Source: Clostridia bacterium (GTDB taxonomy: Bacteria; Bacillota; Clostridia; Christensenellales; CAG-138). Taken from it: a DNA stretch of 64,000 nt. Below are positions 1 to 9,531 of this stretch, piece by piece. The DNA lies in NCBI GenBank assembly GCA_030526425.1, contig JAUNCT010000010.1:5526-69525 (forward strand), in the 5' to 3' direction. Both the position numbers and the translations under genes were made by a program. The notes beneath the pieces are model-generated. The model did no database searches, was not told the DNA's origin, and saw only the letters and a program-made list of their open reading frames with translations. How positions within the stretch are numbered: the first letter of the stretch is position 1; each line of letters begins with the position of its first letter.

Positions 1-339
1 CTTCTTGTCGATCTCGAAATCCTTCTGCTCCTTCAGCGCGGCGGCGACTTCCTTGCCGGTCACGGCGCCGAACAGCTTGCCGTTCTCGCCGACCTTGACG
101 TTGATGGTCACGGTCTGTCCGTCGATCTTCTTCGCGTCCTCACGCGCCTTGACGCCCGCTTCGAACTTGCGGTGCGCGGCTGCGCTCTTCTGGATATTCG
201 CGGCGTTCACCGCAGCGGCGTCTGCGGGAGCCGCCAGCTTCTTCGGGAAAAGGAAATTGCGTGCGAAGCCATCGGAAACGTTGACGATCTCGCCCTTCTT
301 GCCGGTGCCTTTGACATCCTGTTCCAGTAAAACTTTCAT
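1..339 (-). CDS. rplI: 50S ribosomal protein L9 (C-terminus outside window)
   Basis: Reverse-strand frame from ATG at 339-337 reads [36 protein letters not shown]..., the canonical L9 N-terminus. The frame stays open to position 1. ATGA start/stop overlap with gdpP. Confidence 0.93.
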   Translation of the reverse strand, partial: MKVLLEQDVKGTGKKGEIVNVSDGFARNFLFPKKLAAPADAAAVNAANIQKSAAAHRKFEAGVKAREDAKKIDGQTVTINVKVGENGKLFGAVTGKEVAAALKEQKDFEIDKK

Positions 340-2306
340 TGTGCATTGACCTCCATGATGTATTCTTCTATCCGCTCTTTCAACAGAGCGCGGGCTTCTT
401 CGAAGCCCATCGATCCCAGCTGTGCGCCGGACATGGTCAGATGTCCGCCGCCGCCGAGCCGTTCGCAAATGATTTGGGTATTGACCGTGCCGAGGGAACG
501 GCCGCTCACGTTCATGACGCCGTTGTCGCGGCCGAGGGTGAACGCCGCCTGGATCCCGCGGATGGAGATCAGCTGGTCGGCGGCCTTCGCGGCGATGAGC
601 TTCTCGTTCGGTTGCTCCTCGGTCTCGTCGTCGCCCGCCGAGGCGATGGCGACGTTGCAGGGGAGGATCTCCGCGCTGCAGACGGTCTCCGTCAACAGGC
701 GGAAGGAATCCATATCGTCGAGGAACATCTGCTTGACCATGCTGATGTCCGCGCCGTTCTTGCGGAGATAGCCCGCGGCTTCGAAGGTGCGGCTGCCGAC
801 GTTGAACGCGAAGTGCTTCGTGTCGACCGTGATGCCCGCGAGCAGGGTGCTCGAAACGAACGCCGGCACGCGGATCGAATCGCCGAAATACTGGATGACC
901 TCGGTGATGAGCTCGGAAGCGCTCGAAGCGCGCGGCTCGAGGTACTGCAGCGTCGCGGTGTCGATGTAATCCGTGCTGCGGCGGTGGTGATCAACGAGAA
1001 CGACCTTCTGCGCCGCATCGATCAGCTGCGGTGCCGCCGTCGTCTGGCGGCGCTGCGTGTCGACGATCACGAGAACGCTCGTCGGCTTCATCAGCCGCTC
1101 CGCCTGCTCGGGGGTGATGAGACAGTTGGCGTAGTGCGCATCGCGGTTCAGCTCATCGATGGCGAACTGGATGGATTCGTTCGCGGCGTCGAGCACGACA
1201 TAGGCGCGGTTGCCGATGGCCTCCGCCGCCGTGAGTACGCCGAGCGCGGAACCGAGGCAGTCCATATCGGGGTTGACGTGCCCCATGATGAACACATCGC
1301 CGCTGTTCTCGAACAGCTGGTGCAGCGCTTTGCCGAACAGGCGCGCCTTCACGCGGGACTGCATCGTGTCGAGCTGATGCTTGCCGCCGTAGAAGGTGTA
1401 GTTCTTGCCGCGCTTGACGACCGCCTGGTCGCCGCCGCGGCCGAGCGCGAGCTCCATCGCCTGGCGGGCGCTCTCATCGGCATCGGCAACGGTGTCCGCC
1501 ACGCCAACGGCAACGGAAAGCGAAACCGTGTCGCTCGTACCCGTTTCGATGCGGTGCGCGGCTTCGAGCATCTGGAAGCGCTCCTCCTCGAGCTCCTTCA
1601 GGTGCTCGGATTCGAAGATCATCAGATAGCGTCCGTTCTCGTAACGTCGGTAAACGCCCTTCAGACGGGCGGCGGTGTCGGCAACGAGCCGCTCCACATC
1701 GCCGAGAACGTTCGAACGGTGGAACTGGCGGTCGCCGGAAAGCTCATCGAAGTTGTCCACGTAGATCAGGGCGATGTACGCGCGGCGCTCCTCGTAGAGG
1801 CGCTCGTAGTAAGCCGCCTCCGTGCGGTCGAGCCAGTACTGGAATGTCAGCAGCCGGTCCGTCGATTTGCGGCGGATCTGCATGCTCATGACCTGATAGT
1901 GTCCGCCCGCGTGTTCGAGCGGGTAGGCGGCGGGCGGCTGCGCAAAGCGGTAGCCGGTCATCAGCGGCTTCAGGTCCGTTTCCGGGTACAGCTTTTCCAT
2001 GATCTCGTTGCGCCAGACGACCGTGCCGGAATCATCCGTCAGAAGGCAGGGCACGTTGACCGCGCGGATGATCTGCGCGGAGCTTCCGGCGTTCTCGGAA
2101 AACACATCGTCCATGCGCCGCTGCTGTTCCCGCTCGTGCGCGGTCAGCCACAGCCAGGCGACAGTGCCCTGCGCGATGACGGCGAGGCACAGCAACGCGA
2201 AGACCCACGGCGTTTTCACGGGCAGACGGTCGGCGAACCAAACGAGCGCCAGCAACAGCGGCGCCGTGACCATCGAAGGGATCAGCGTATATTGCGGTTT
2301 TTTCAT
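336..2306 (-). CDS. gdpP: cyclic-di-AMP phosphodiesterase GdpP (DHH/DHHA1 family)
   Basis: 656-aa ORF. N-terminal hydrophobic helices, PAS/degenerate GGDEF-like middle, DHH motifs ([19 protein letters not shown]) and GGGH near the C-terminus. Conserved yybS-gdpP-rplI synteny. Confidence 0.9.
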   Translation of the reverse strand: MKKPQYTLIPSMVTAPLLLALVWFADRLPVKTPWVFALLCLAVIAQGTVAWLWLTAHEREQQRRMDDVFSENAGSSAQIIRAVNVPCLLTDDSGTVVWRNEIMEKLYPETDLKPLMTGYRFAQPPAAYPLEHAGGHYQVMSMQIRRKSTDRLLTFQYWLDRTEAAYYERLYEERRAYIALIYVDNFDELSGDRQFHRSNVLGDVERLVADTAARLKGVYRRYENGRYLMIFESEHLKELEEERFQMLEAAHRIETGTSDTVSLSVAVGVADTVADADESARQAMELALGRGGDQAVVKRGKNYTFYGGKHQLDTMQSRVKARLFGKALHQLFENSGDVFIMGHVNPDMDCLGSALGVLTAAEAIGNRAYVVLDAANESIQFAIDELNRDAHYANCLITPEQAERLMKPTSVLVIVDTQRRQTTAAPQLIDAAQKVVLVDHHRRSTDYIDTATLQYLEPRASSASELITEVIQYFGDSIRVPAFVSSTLLAGITVDTKHFAFNVGSRTFEAAGYLRKNGADISMVKQMFLDDMDSFRLLTETVCSAEILPCNVAIASAGDDETEEQPNEKLIAAKAADQLISIRGIQAAFTLGRDNGVMNVSGRSLGTVNTQIICERLGGGGHLTMSGAQLGSMGFEEARALLKERIEEYIMEVNAQ

Positions 2307-3301
2307 GGCTCCCCCTTGTTACCGCGGTCCCCGGGACCCGGGCGCGGAATGATGCGCACTCTCCGGCGGATGTGCAGGATCTGTTCGAACAGCCCGAGGA
2401 ACATGAGCACGGGCCGGACGAAGCGGAAAAGCAACACGATCGCAAGCACCGCGATGACGCGCTTCTTGCCGACGTTCGTTCCCTTTTCGAGAATGAACCA
2501 ATCGATCAGCGAGACGCCCTGGATCATCACGGGGATGTACAGGATGGTCCCCACCGCGAGCAGGACGGCTTCGGCGTTGTCGTTCTCCGACAGCAGCAGG
2601 ACGAACGAGGCGACCATCAGGGCGCAAACGCCGCTGAGGAAGCTCTGCGGAACGGTCCACTGCGACAGCGGGTTCACCGGAGCGAGCCCGTAAGACGCGA
2701 AGTCCTTTTTGACCAGCCTGCGGAACAGGAGCGTGTTCACCAGCGAAACGATGCCGCCGATGCCGATGCAGCAGGAAACGAAGCTTTCCACCACGTAGTC
2801 CGCAAGCCCGACCAACGCATCGGTCTTGAGACCGAGCGCCGCAAGCTCCGGCATCGCGGAGACCGAATCGGTCAGGACCTTCACGGACTCGCGGACGAAA
2901 TCGAATGCCTTACCGCCCGCAAGCAGCGAGGGCAGCGTGACGGCGAGGTAGATCGAGCCGCCGCAGACCGCGGCGCCGGCGAGGACCGTGTTGAAGCCGG
3001 AAAGGCGCTTGGTCTGTGCAAGGTACAGTGCCAGACCCGTTCCGCAGCCCGCCGCAAGGAAGGGCAGGGAAACGAGCAGCACATCGGCCGACGCACCGTA
3101 GAACACGGCGGAACCCGCAAGACCGAAGAACAGCACCGCAATGAACGCGGGGACCGGCCGCCGGCCGATCAGCATCGCGTATGCCGTGACCGCCGGCGCA
3201 ACGAGAAACAGAAACGGCATGAACATGCATGCGAAGCACAGGACCGCGGCACCCGTCAGTGCCAAAGCGATCGTAAGTGTGTTTTTGCGATTTTTTTCCA
3301 T
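2303..3301 (-). CDS. YybS-like (DUF2232) polytopic membrane protein
   Basis: ORF 2303..3337 with multiple hydrophobic helices. Its position directly upstream of gdpP matches Bacillus yybS. ATGA overlap with the gdpP start. Start uncertain: ATG 3301 (MEKNRKN) chosen, ATG 3310 or TTG 3337 possible, no clear SD. Confidence 0.7.
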   Translation of the reverse strand: MEKNRKNTLTIALALTGAAVLCFACMFMPFLFLVAPAVTAYAMLIGRRPVPAFIAVLFFGLAGSAVFYGASADVLLVSLPFLAAGCGTGLALYLAQTKRLSGFNTVLAGAAVCGGSIYLAVTLPSLLAGGKAFDFVRESVKVLTDSVSAMPELAALGLKTDALVGLADYVVESFVSCCIGIGGIVSLVNTLLFRRLVKKDFASYGLAPVNPLSQWTVPQSFLSGVCALMVASFVLLLSENDNAEAVLLAVGTILYIPVMIQGVSLIDWFILEKGTNVGKKRVIAVLAIVLLFRFVRPVLMFLGLFEQILHIRRRVRIIPRPGPGDRGNKGEP

Positions 3302-3484
3302 AAATACCATTTTAACGCGAAAAACGCAAAAAGGCAAAAGAAACCCGATGCGACTTTCTTTGTTCCCACGCGGATGTGCATGCGCGCATTTATGAACAAT
3401 CTTTTTCGAAACGGTGCGCGCGCTTTCGGCGGGGACCTCGTCATGCTATACTTTTTTCAGCATACGGAAAGGGGGAAAGGAAAC

Positions 3485-4207
3485 GTGCCGAGAACGAAAC
3501 GGCGTTTTTCGGACAGCGGTTATTACGATGCCGTGCTGCGCCCCGTCGCGGGGGAACGCCTGTTCCGCAACGAGGCGGATCACGCGGCGTTTCTTGCCTG
3601 CCTCCGCACCGCGGCGCCGGATGCCGGCGTATCCGTTGCCGCGTATTGCCTGCTGCCCTGCGAAGCGCGTTTGCTGCTGCACGCGCCCGAAGGTCCCGCC
3701 GGTTTTTTCAAACGGCTCGCCGTCCGCTATGTCGGCGGCTACAACCGGCGGCACGGAAGAACGGGTCCGCTGTTTTCCGGCAGGTACGTTTCGGTCCCGT
3801 TGGAAGACGAACAGGCACTGCTGCATGCGGTGTGCGCGATCCACACCGCGCCTTCCGCCGCGGGCATCGCGCCGGACGCGGAATATCCGTACTCGAGCTA
3901 TGCGGCTTATGCCAGGCATGAAACGGACTGGGTCGCGAACGAGCAGCTCTTGCAGCTGATGAACGGCGCAAGGGGCTTTGCCGCCCTGATGCTGAGCTAT
4001 GAGGAGCCGCCCCGGGAAACGGGAGAGGACGCCGCGGCGCTGATCCGGCGCGTGTCGGGATTCGGCGACCCGAAAGAGATCGCGTCGCTCGGTCCTGCGC
4101 GCCGCGATGAGATCATCCGCCGCATCCGCCGCGCGGGGCTTTCCGTGCGCAGGATCGCCGGGCTCACGGGGCTCGGACGCAACATCGTGCAGCGCGCGGG
4201 CGCATGA
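3485..4207 (+). CDS. IS200/Y1-transposase-like protein (COG1943 type) with C-terminal DnaA-domain-IV-like HTH, apparently catalytically degenerate
   Basis: In-frame tail of ORF 2372..4207. GTG 3485 follows a GGGGGAAAGGA SD; ATG 3443 is the alternative start. Family motif order is preserved (YYDAVLRP, AAYCLLPCEARLLLH, GPLFSGRYVSVPLEDE, EYPYSSY), followed by a C-terminal LSVRRIAGLTGLGRNIVQRA HTH. Confidence 0.75.
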   Translation: MPRTKRRFSDSGYYDAVLRPVAGERLFRNEADHAAFLACLRTAAPDAGVSVAAYCLLPCEARLLLHAPEGPAGFFKRLAVRYVGGYNRRHGRTGPLFSGRYVSVPLEDEQALLHAVCAIHTAPSAAGIAPDAEYPYSSYAAYARHETDWVANEQLLQLMNGARGFAALMLSYEEPPRETGEDAAALIRRVSGFGDPKEIASLGPARRDEIIRRIRRAGLSVRRIAGLTGLGRNIVQRAGA

Positions 4208-4234
4208 GCCCCGAACCGACAGAAAGAACGAAAG

Positions 4235-4837
4235 ATGAACTATCAAAAAGCACAGGATGAGATCACGGCGTCCCTGACGGGGCGCCCGCGTTTGTTGTTG
4301 CACGCATGCTGCGGTCCGTGCAGCACCGCATGCATCGAACGCCTTGCGGAACACTTCGACGTCACGGTCTTCTGGTACGATCCGTGCATCCACCCGGAGA
4401 AGGAGTATCTGCTGCGGCTCGAACATGCGAAAAAGCTCGCTGAAGCCGTCGGCGTCCCGCTGATCGAAGCGGAATACGACCCGGAGAACTACTTTGCCCG
4501 CGTCAAGGGGCTCGAGAACGAGCCCGAGGGCGGCGCGCGCTGCACCGAATGCTTCCGGCAACGGCTCGAACGCACGGCGCAGGCGGCGCGGGAGGGCGGT
4601 TTCGCTTGGTTCACGACGACGCTCACCGTGTCGCCGCATAAGGACGCGCCGCGCATCAACGGGCTCGGCGAAGAGATCGGAAAGGCGGCGGGCGTTCCCT
4701 TCCTGCCGTCCGATTTCAAGAAGAAAAACGGTTATCTGCGCTCGATCGAACTCTCGAAGCGATACGGGCTGTACCGGCAGGATTATTGCGGCTGTGTGTT
4801 TTCCATGCGGCCGAGGGAAGAGGAGGCGGAGGTATGA
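4235..4837 (+). CDS. queH: epoxyqueuosine reductase QueH (DUF208)
   Basis: 200 aa. LLLHACCGPCS motif plus later Cys clusters (ARCTECF, QDYCGC), typical of QueH. Confidence 0.88.
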   Translation: MNYQKAQDEITASLTGRPRLLLHACCGPCSTACIERLAEHFDVTVFWYDPCIHPEKEYLLRLEHAKKLAEAVGVPLIEAEYDPENYFARVKGLENEPEGGARCTECFRQRLERTAQAAREGGFAWFTTTLTVSPHKDAPRINGLGEEIGKAAGVPFLPSDFKKKNGYLRSIELSKRYGLYRQDYCGCVFSMRPREEEAEV

Positions 4838-5655
4838 ACAACGGACGGATCCTGACGACGAAGGAGATCCAAACCGTCGAGCTGGAGATCCTCAAAGCCG
4901 TCAAGGCGTTCTGCGAACAAAACGGCATCCGTTATTTCCTTGCGGGCGGGACCTTGCTCGGCGCGGTGCGCCACAAGGGCTTCATCCCGTGGGACAACGA
5001 TATCGATATCGCCATGCCGCGTCCCGATTACGAGACCTTCCGCAAGACCTTCGGCACCCGGGGTCCGTACCGCGTGATGGGGCCCGAAGACGGAAACGAC
5101 TACATCTATCCGTTCATCAAGGTCGTCGACACGCGGACGCGGCTCATCGAGCAGGCGGTCCGCATGAAGATCGAAGGGCTCGGGCTGTATATCGACGTCT
5201 TCCCCGTGGACGGGTTCGGCGACGACCGCGCGGCTGCGGAGCAACGGATCGTTTCGGCGTTCCGCGAAGGCTACCACCTCGCTTATACCGCGGGCACGAC
5301 CGCGGGGCTGACCCCGGTGCAGAAGGCGGGACGCATCGCAAGAAAGATCCGCTGCCGCTTGCTCGGCGGCAGGGAGCGCGCGTTCGCACGGCTTTGCGCA
5401 AAGCTCGGGGAGCATCCCTTCGACGCGTCCCGCTATGTCGGCAGTACCTTCGGACTGCGCAGCGCGAAGGAACTCATCGCCCGCGAAGCGTACGCAACGA
5501 CCGTCCCCGTTCTTTTCGAAGGGGAGGAATACCCCGCGCCCGCGGGGTGGGACGCTTATCTCACCCAAATGTACGGCGACTACATGCAGCTTCCGCCCGA
5601 GAGCGAGCGCGTCGCCAACCACGATATGGACGCCCGTTGGACGGAGGAGACGTGA
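4834..5655 (+). CDS. LicD-family phosphotransferase
   Basis: ATG 4834 with AGGAGG SD upstream and ATGA overlap with the queH stop. FLAGGTLLGAVRHKGFIPWDNDIDIAMPR is the LicD signature. Confidence 0.85.
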   Translation: MNNGRILTTKEIQTVELEILKAVKAFCEQNGIRYFLAGGTLLGAVRHKGFIPWDNDIDIAMPRPDYETFRKTFGTRGPYRVMGPEDGNDYIYPFIKVVDTRTRLIEQAVRMKIEGLGLYIDVFPVDGFGDDRAAAEQRIVSAFREGYHLAYTAGTTAGLTPVQKAGRIARKIRCRLLGGRERAFARLCAKLGEHPFDASRYVGSTFGLRSAKELIAREAYATTVPVLFEGEEYPAPAGWDAYLTQMYGDYMQLPPESERVANHDMDARWTEET

Positions 5656-6867
5656 ATGCGGCTGCTGACGAAGATCCGGAACGCCGCGGCACTCGGCGTC
5701 AAAACGGGTCTGTACTGTGTGCTGCGCGTGTTGCCCCTGCGCGACCGCGTCATGTTCCAGTGCTTTCACGGTTGGAACTACGGCGACAACACCCGTGCCA
5801 TCCTCGAAGAACTGCACCGCAGGTCGCCGCAAACGGAGCTGCTTTGGCTGAAGGACCCGCAGCGCGACTATGCGCTGCCGCCGTATGTGCGTGCGGTCAA
5901 CGCCCAAAGCCCGCTGGCGAGAACTGCGGCGGTCTGCACCTCGCGCGTGGTCGTCAATACGCACCGCTTCGAACGCGAGGTGCGCAAGCGGAAAGGGCAG
6001 CTGTTCATCGAAACCTGGCACGGCGGGCTCGGCGTGAAAAAGGTCGAGAACGATATGCCGAACGCTTCCGTCCCCGAATGGATGGCAGGGGAGATCCGGA
6101 ATACATGCCGCCTTGCGGACCTGTTCCTTTCGAATTCCCGTCACCTGACCGGCATCTACCGCAGGGCGTTCGGGTACAGCGGGCTCGTCTGGCGCTGCGG
6201 TTATCCGAAAAACGATGTGCTCCACCGGGGAAAGGACGCTGCGCGTGCCGCCGTGCGCGCACATTACGGTCTGCCGGAGGACGCGAAGCTGCTGTTGTAC
6301 GCACCGACCTTCCGCGATACGATTTGGAAGGGACGGGACGATGCGTGGCTGTTCGATATCGGCGAAGCGGAGGTGCTCCGGGCACTGCGCAAGCGCTTCG
6401 GCGGTGCGTGGTACCTTCTGAAACGCCTGCATCCCGTGATGCAGGGGCGCGCGGCGCAAACGGCGGCGCAGGCGGGCGTGCTCGACGCAACGGCGTATCC
6501 CGATATGCAGGAGCTCATTCTCGGTTCGGACGCCTTCCTGTCGGATTATTCGAGCGGGATCTTCGACGCCGCGGAGGCGGGACTGCCGTGCTTCTCCTAC
6601 GTGCCCGATGCCGAGGAATACGCGGCGGAGCGCGGCGTGTACTATACGCCGGAGGAGCTGCCGTTCCCGTTTGCGAAAACCCGTGCGGAGCTTGCCGAAC
6701 GGATCGAAGCCTTCGACGAGACCGCTTATGCCGCATCGCGCGATGCGTTTTTCGAAAGAACGGGGCTCGTCCAAACGGATCATGCGGCGGCGGATGTGGT
6801 GCGGCTGATCCTCGGACGGCTCAACGGAGAAACAAAACTGCCGGAGGAGATCCGAAATGACGATTGA
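5656..6867 (+). CDS. CDP-glycerol/ribitol glycerophosphotransferase family protein (TagB/TagF-like)
   Basis: 403 aa. IETWHGG and LLLYAPTFRD motifs of the Glyphos_transf family. Its start abuts the licD-like stop (TGAATG). Confidence 0.85.
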   Translation: MRLLTKIRNAAALGVKTGLYCVLRVLPLRDRVMFQCFHGWNYGDNTRAILEELHRRSPQTELLWLKDPQRDYALPPYVRAVNAQSPLARTAAVCTSRVVVNTHRFEREVRKRKGQLFIETWHGGLGVKKVENDMPNASVPEWMAGEIRNTCRLADLFLSNSRHLTGIYRRAFGYSGLVWRCGYPKNDVLHRGKDAARAAVRAHYGLPEDAKLLLYAPTFRDTIWKGRDDAWLFDIGEAEVLRALRKRFGGAWYLLKRLHPVMQGRAAQTAAQAGVLDATAYPDMQELILGSDAFLSDYSSGIFDAAEAGLPCFSYVPDAEEYAAERGVYYTPEELPFPFAKTRAELAERIEAFDETAYAASRDAFFERTGLVQTDHAAADVVRLILGRLNGETKLPEEIRNDD

Positions 6868-7930
6868 ACAACTGTTTGCAGAAGAAACACAAGCGGTCCT
6901 TGCGGATGCACTCGCGGAATTGGAGCTCCTTGCGGGCAAGACCGTTTTGATCACCGGCGGGACGGGACTCATCGGCGCGGCGCTGATCCGTTCGCTCATC
7001 GCGTTCAACCGCACAGGCAAGCACGATCCGGTCCACATCCTCGCACTCGTGCGCGATACGGAAAAAGCCTCCCGCATGTTCCCGGAGGGCACGGAGTCCG
7101 GGCTCTCGCTTTTGCGCGGCGATGTCCGCGCGCCGCTGTTCCTCGACGAAACGGTCGACTATGTCGTTCACGCCGCGGGCGAGACGGCGAGCCGGTCCTT
7201 TGTGGACAACCCCGTGGAGGTTTTGGAAACGACGATCTCGGGCGTCCGCAACCTTCTGATGCTCGCAAGGGAGAAGCAGGTCCGCGGCTTCGTCTTCCTG
7301 TCGACGATGGAGGTCTACGGCGCGCCCGCCGCGGGGCAGCGCATCACCGAAACGAGCCCCGCGGAGCTCGACCCGATGCGCGCGCGTTCGTCCTATCCCG
7401 AAGGAAAGCGCGCGGCGGAGTGTTTCGTTGCCGCATACGCTGCGGAATACGGCGTCCCCGGGGTCTCTCTGCGCCTGACGCAGACCTTCGGACCCGGCGT
7501 CGGTTACCGCGACGGACGGATGTTCCAAAGCTTTGCCCGTGCGGCAGCCGAAGGGCGGGATATCGTGCTGTTCACCGAGGGGAAGACCATGCGCAGCTAC
7601 CTGTACACGGCGGACGCGGTCACGGCGGTGCTGAAAGTTTTGCTGCGCGGGGCGCAGGGCGAGGCGTACAACTGCGCAAACGAGGCGACCTATTGCTCGG
7701 TGCGCGAAATGGCGGACCGGATCGCGGCGCGTTCGGAAAAGGGTTCCGCGGTGCGCGTGGAGCTGCGGGACGCCGAAAAGATGGGCTTCGCACCCGTGCT
7801 TTACATGGACCTCGATACCGAAAAGCTGCGCAGCCTCGGCTGGCAGGCGCGGTTCGGACTCGATGCGATGCTCGACAGGCTCATGTGGGCGGCAAAGGAA
7901 CGCAGCGCGGAGACGGGGCTCAACGGATGA
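6857..7930 (+). CDS. NAD-dependent epimerase/dehydratase (extended SDR)
   Basis: 357 aa. Rossmann GGTGLIGAAL and catalytic YPEGK (YxxxK). 11-nt overlap with the upstream gene. Confidence 0.85.
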   Translation: MTIEQLFAEETQAVLADALAELELLAGKTVLITGGTGLIGAALIRSLIAFNRTGKHDPVHILALVRDTEKASRMFPEGTESGLSLLRGDVRAPLFLDETVDYVVHAAGETASRSFVDNPVEVLETTISGVRNLLMLAREKQVRGFVFLSTMEVYGAPAAGQRITETSPAELDPMRARSSYPEGKRAAECFVAAYAAEYGVPGVSLRLTQTFGPGVGYRDGRMFQSFARAAAEGRDIVLFTEGKTMRSYLYTADAVTAVLKVLLRGAQGEAYNCANEATYCSVREMADRIAARSEKGSAVRVELRDAEKMGFAPVLYMDLDTEKLRSLGWQARFGLDAMLDRLMWAAKERSAETGLNG

Positions 7931-7955
7931 ACCCGCCGGACCAGGGAAAAAGACA

Positions 7956-7991
7956 ACAAAAAAGAGACGGTGCGGACCGTCTCTTTTTTTG
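7956..7991. terminator. bidirectional rho-independent terminator
   Basis: AAAAAAGAGACGG-TGCGGA-CCGTCTCTTTTTTT: a perfect 8-bp stem flanked by an A-run and a T-run, lying between convergent genes. Confidence 0.75.
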
Positions 7992-8001
7992 TCGGATCGG
8001 T

Positions 8002-8637
8002 TTATCCCAAAAGACCGAGCACTTTTCGGAGCGCGTCTTCATAGCGCATCCCCTGTTCCGCGGTGAACGCGCCGGGCAGGCGCAGAACGACGTTGTCGTA
8101 AACGAACGCCTGTTCTTCGGGAACGAACTCCGGTGCCTGCACGCGGTGGAACGCCAGCGCGCTCATGCGGAGCTGTGCCGCCTCGGCGCTGTCGTAGACC
8201 TCCACCGTGCCCATTGCTTCGGGGTCGGCGATATCGCGGTCCCTGAAATCCGCACGGCTCTTGTATCCGCCGTTCGTGCCCAACAACCCGTCCGGGTCGT
8301 TGGCGGTCGTGCAGCGGGTGAAGCTGATGAGCGGCATTCCGTTTTTCATCAGTGCGGAACAGATCTCATCCGCCGTCATGCGGTACACGCGGTCCGAAGC
8401 GGTGCCGGGCGCGGGCACGGGCGTTGCGGCGTTCTGCCGCTGCGGTGCCGGCGTCGTTGCCGCCGCGGCTTCGAGCTTCTGCACCTTCTGCTCCAAAACA
8501 TAGACCTGCCGCGAGAGCGTGTCGATGTTCGCCTGCAAGCTGCGGACATCGCTTTTGGTTCCGTATGCGCACCCCGTCAGACCGAGAACGGCCGTGAGGG
8601 CAACGGTGCATGCGGGGAACAGACGGTGCGGTTTCAT
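8002..8637 (-). CDS. lipoprotein, unknown function
   Basis: 211 aa. Signal peptide with lipobox LTGC, a heptad-like segment (LQANIDTLSRQVYVLEQKVQKLE), a Pro/Ala/Thr linker, and a C-terminal domain of about 130 aa that I do not recognise. Confidence 0.7.
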   Translation of the reverse strand: MKPHRLFPACTVALTAVLGLTGCAYGTKSDVRSLQANIDTLSRQVYVLEQKVQKLEAAAATTPAPQRQNAATPVPAPGTASDRVYRMTADEICSALMKNGMPLISFTRCTTANDPDGLLGTNGGYKSRADFRDRDIADPEAMGTVEVYDSAEAAQLRMSALAFHRVQAPEFVPEEQAFVYDNVVLRLPGAFTAEQGMRYEDALRKVLGLLG

Positions 8638-8664
8638 GAAAAGGGCTCCTTCGGAACGGAATGA

Positions 8665-9384
8665 TTATTCTGCGATCTCGAGCGCGACGCGCATCATGTC
8701 GTTGAACGCGGTCTGGCGCTGTTCGGGCGTGGTCGCTTCGGGGCGGGTGATCAGGTCGGAAATGGTGCAGATGCACAGGGCCTTCTTGCCTGCGCGGGCC
8801 GCGTTCGAATACAGCGCCGCGGATTCCATCTCCGCCGCGAGGATGCCCATCTTCTGCCATTCGAGCGTGTCCTTGCCCTCGGCGTAGAACACATCGCTCG
8901 AGAGGATGTTGCCGACCTTGTAGTTGAGACCCTGCTTCTCGCACTCGTCCACCGCCTTGCGGAGCAGACCGAAATCGGCGATCGGCGCGAAGGTTCCGTT
9001 CAGACCGAACTGCTTCGGGTAGACGCTCTGGTAGCAGGCGCCCTGACCGATGACGATGTCGAACAGGTTCAGGTCGGGGTGGATACCGCCCGCAGTGCCG
9101 ATGCGGATGATGTTCTCCACACCGTAGAAGTTGAACAGCTCATAGCTGTAGATCCCCATGGAGGGCATGCCCATGCCGCTGGCCATGACGGAAACGCGCT
9201 TGCCGTTGTAGTAGCCGGTGTAGCCCTGGATGCCGCGCACGTTGTTTACGAGCTTGCAGTCGGTCAGGTAGGTCTCCGCGATGAACTTCGCGCGGAGCGG
9301 ATCGCCCGGCATCAAAACGGTCTTTGCGAAATCGCCCTTAGCCGCGGTGTTGTGGGGAGTGGGGGTGCATTTGATCTCGTCCAT
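8665..9384 (-). CDS. deoD: purine nucleoside phosphorylase, DeoD type
   Basis: Start ATG at 9384 (MDEIKCTPTPHN) with GGAGG SD. TVLMPGDPLRAKFIAE and RIGTAGG motifs. The N-terminal extension of ORF 8665..9498 is rejected. Confidence 0.92.
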   Translation of the reverse strand: MDEIKCTPTPHNTAAKGDFAKTVLMPGDPLRAKFIAETYLTDCKLVNNVRGIQGYTGYYNGKRVSVMASGMGMPSMGIYSYELFNFYGVENIIRIGTAGGIHPDLNLFDIVIGQGACYQSVYPKQFGLNGTFAPIADFGLLRKAVDECEKQGLNYKVGNILSSDVFYAEGKDTLEWQKMGILAAEMESAALYSNAARAGKKALCICTISDLITRPEATTPEQRQTAFNDMMRVALEIAE

Positions 9385-9480
9385 GGGTGAATACCTCCGT
9401 GATTGGATTGATTGGGGTTTCGATCGGTTGTTTCGGATGTGACGGAAACACAGGTCTCCGTTTGTGCCATTATAGCAGAA

Positions 9481-9511
9481 CCGCCGTCCGCGTGACAAGC
9501 ACGGACGGCGG
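9481..9511 (-). terminator. hairpin terminator after asnA
   Basis: CCGCCGTCCG...CGGACGGCGG, a 10-bp perfect stem 21 nt downstream of the asnA stop. The trailing T-run is weak. Confidence 0.5.
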
Positions 9512-9531
9512 TTCGGGATGTCGTTTTGCGC

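Noticed and set aside
339-2693. 784-aa plus-strand ORF antisense to gdpP/yybS
   Set aside because: Arg/Ala/Gly/Asp-rich low-complexity translation with no motifs. It lies fully opposite a gene with clear DHH/DHHA1 motifs. Stop codons are AT-rich, so long shadow ORFs are expected at this GC content.
3338-4234. Possible active IS200/IS605-type mobile element
   Set aside because: The HUH and Tyr catalytic positions appear substituted. There is no TnpB partner, no flanking subterminal hairpins and no second copy in the window. It is treated as a domesticated gene (see the findings).
4494-7092. 788-aa (+) and 769-aa (-) ORFs overlapping the LicD/TagF/SDR genes in other frames
   Set aside because: Arg-rich nonsense-like composition. 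The frames chosen above carry family signatures, SD sequences and coupled start/stop overlaps.
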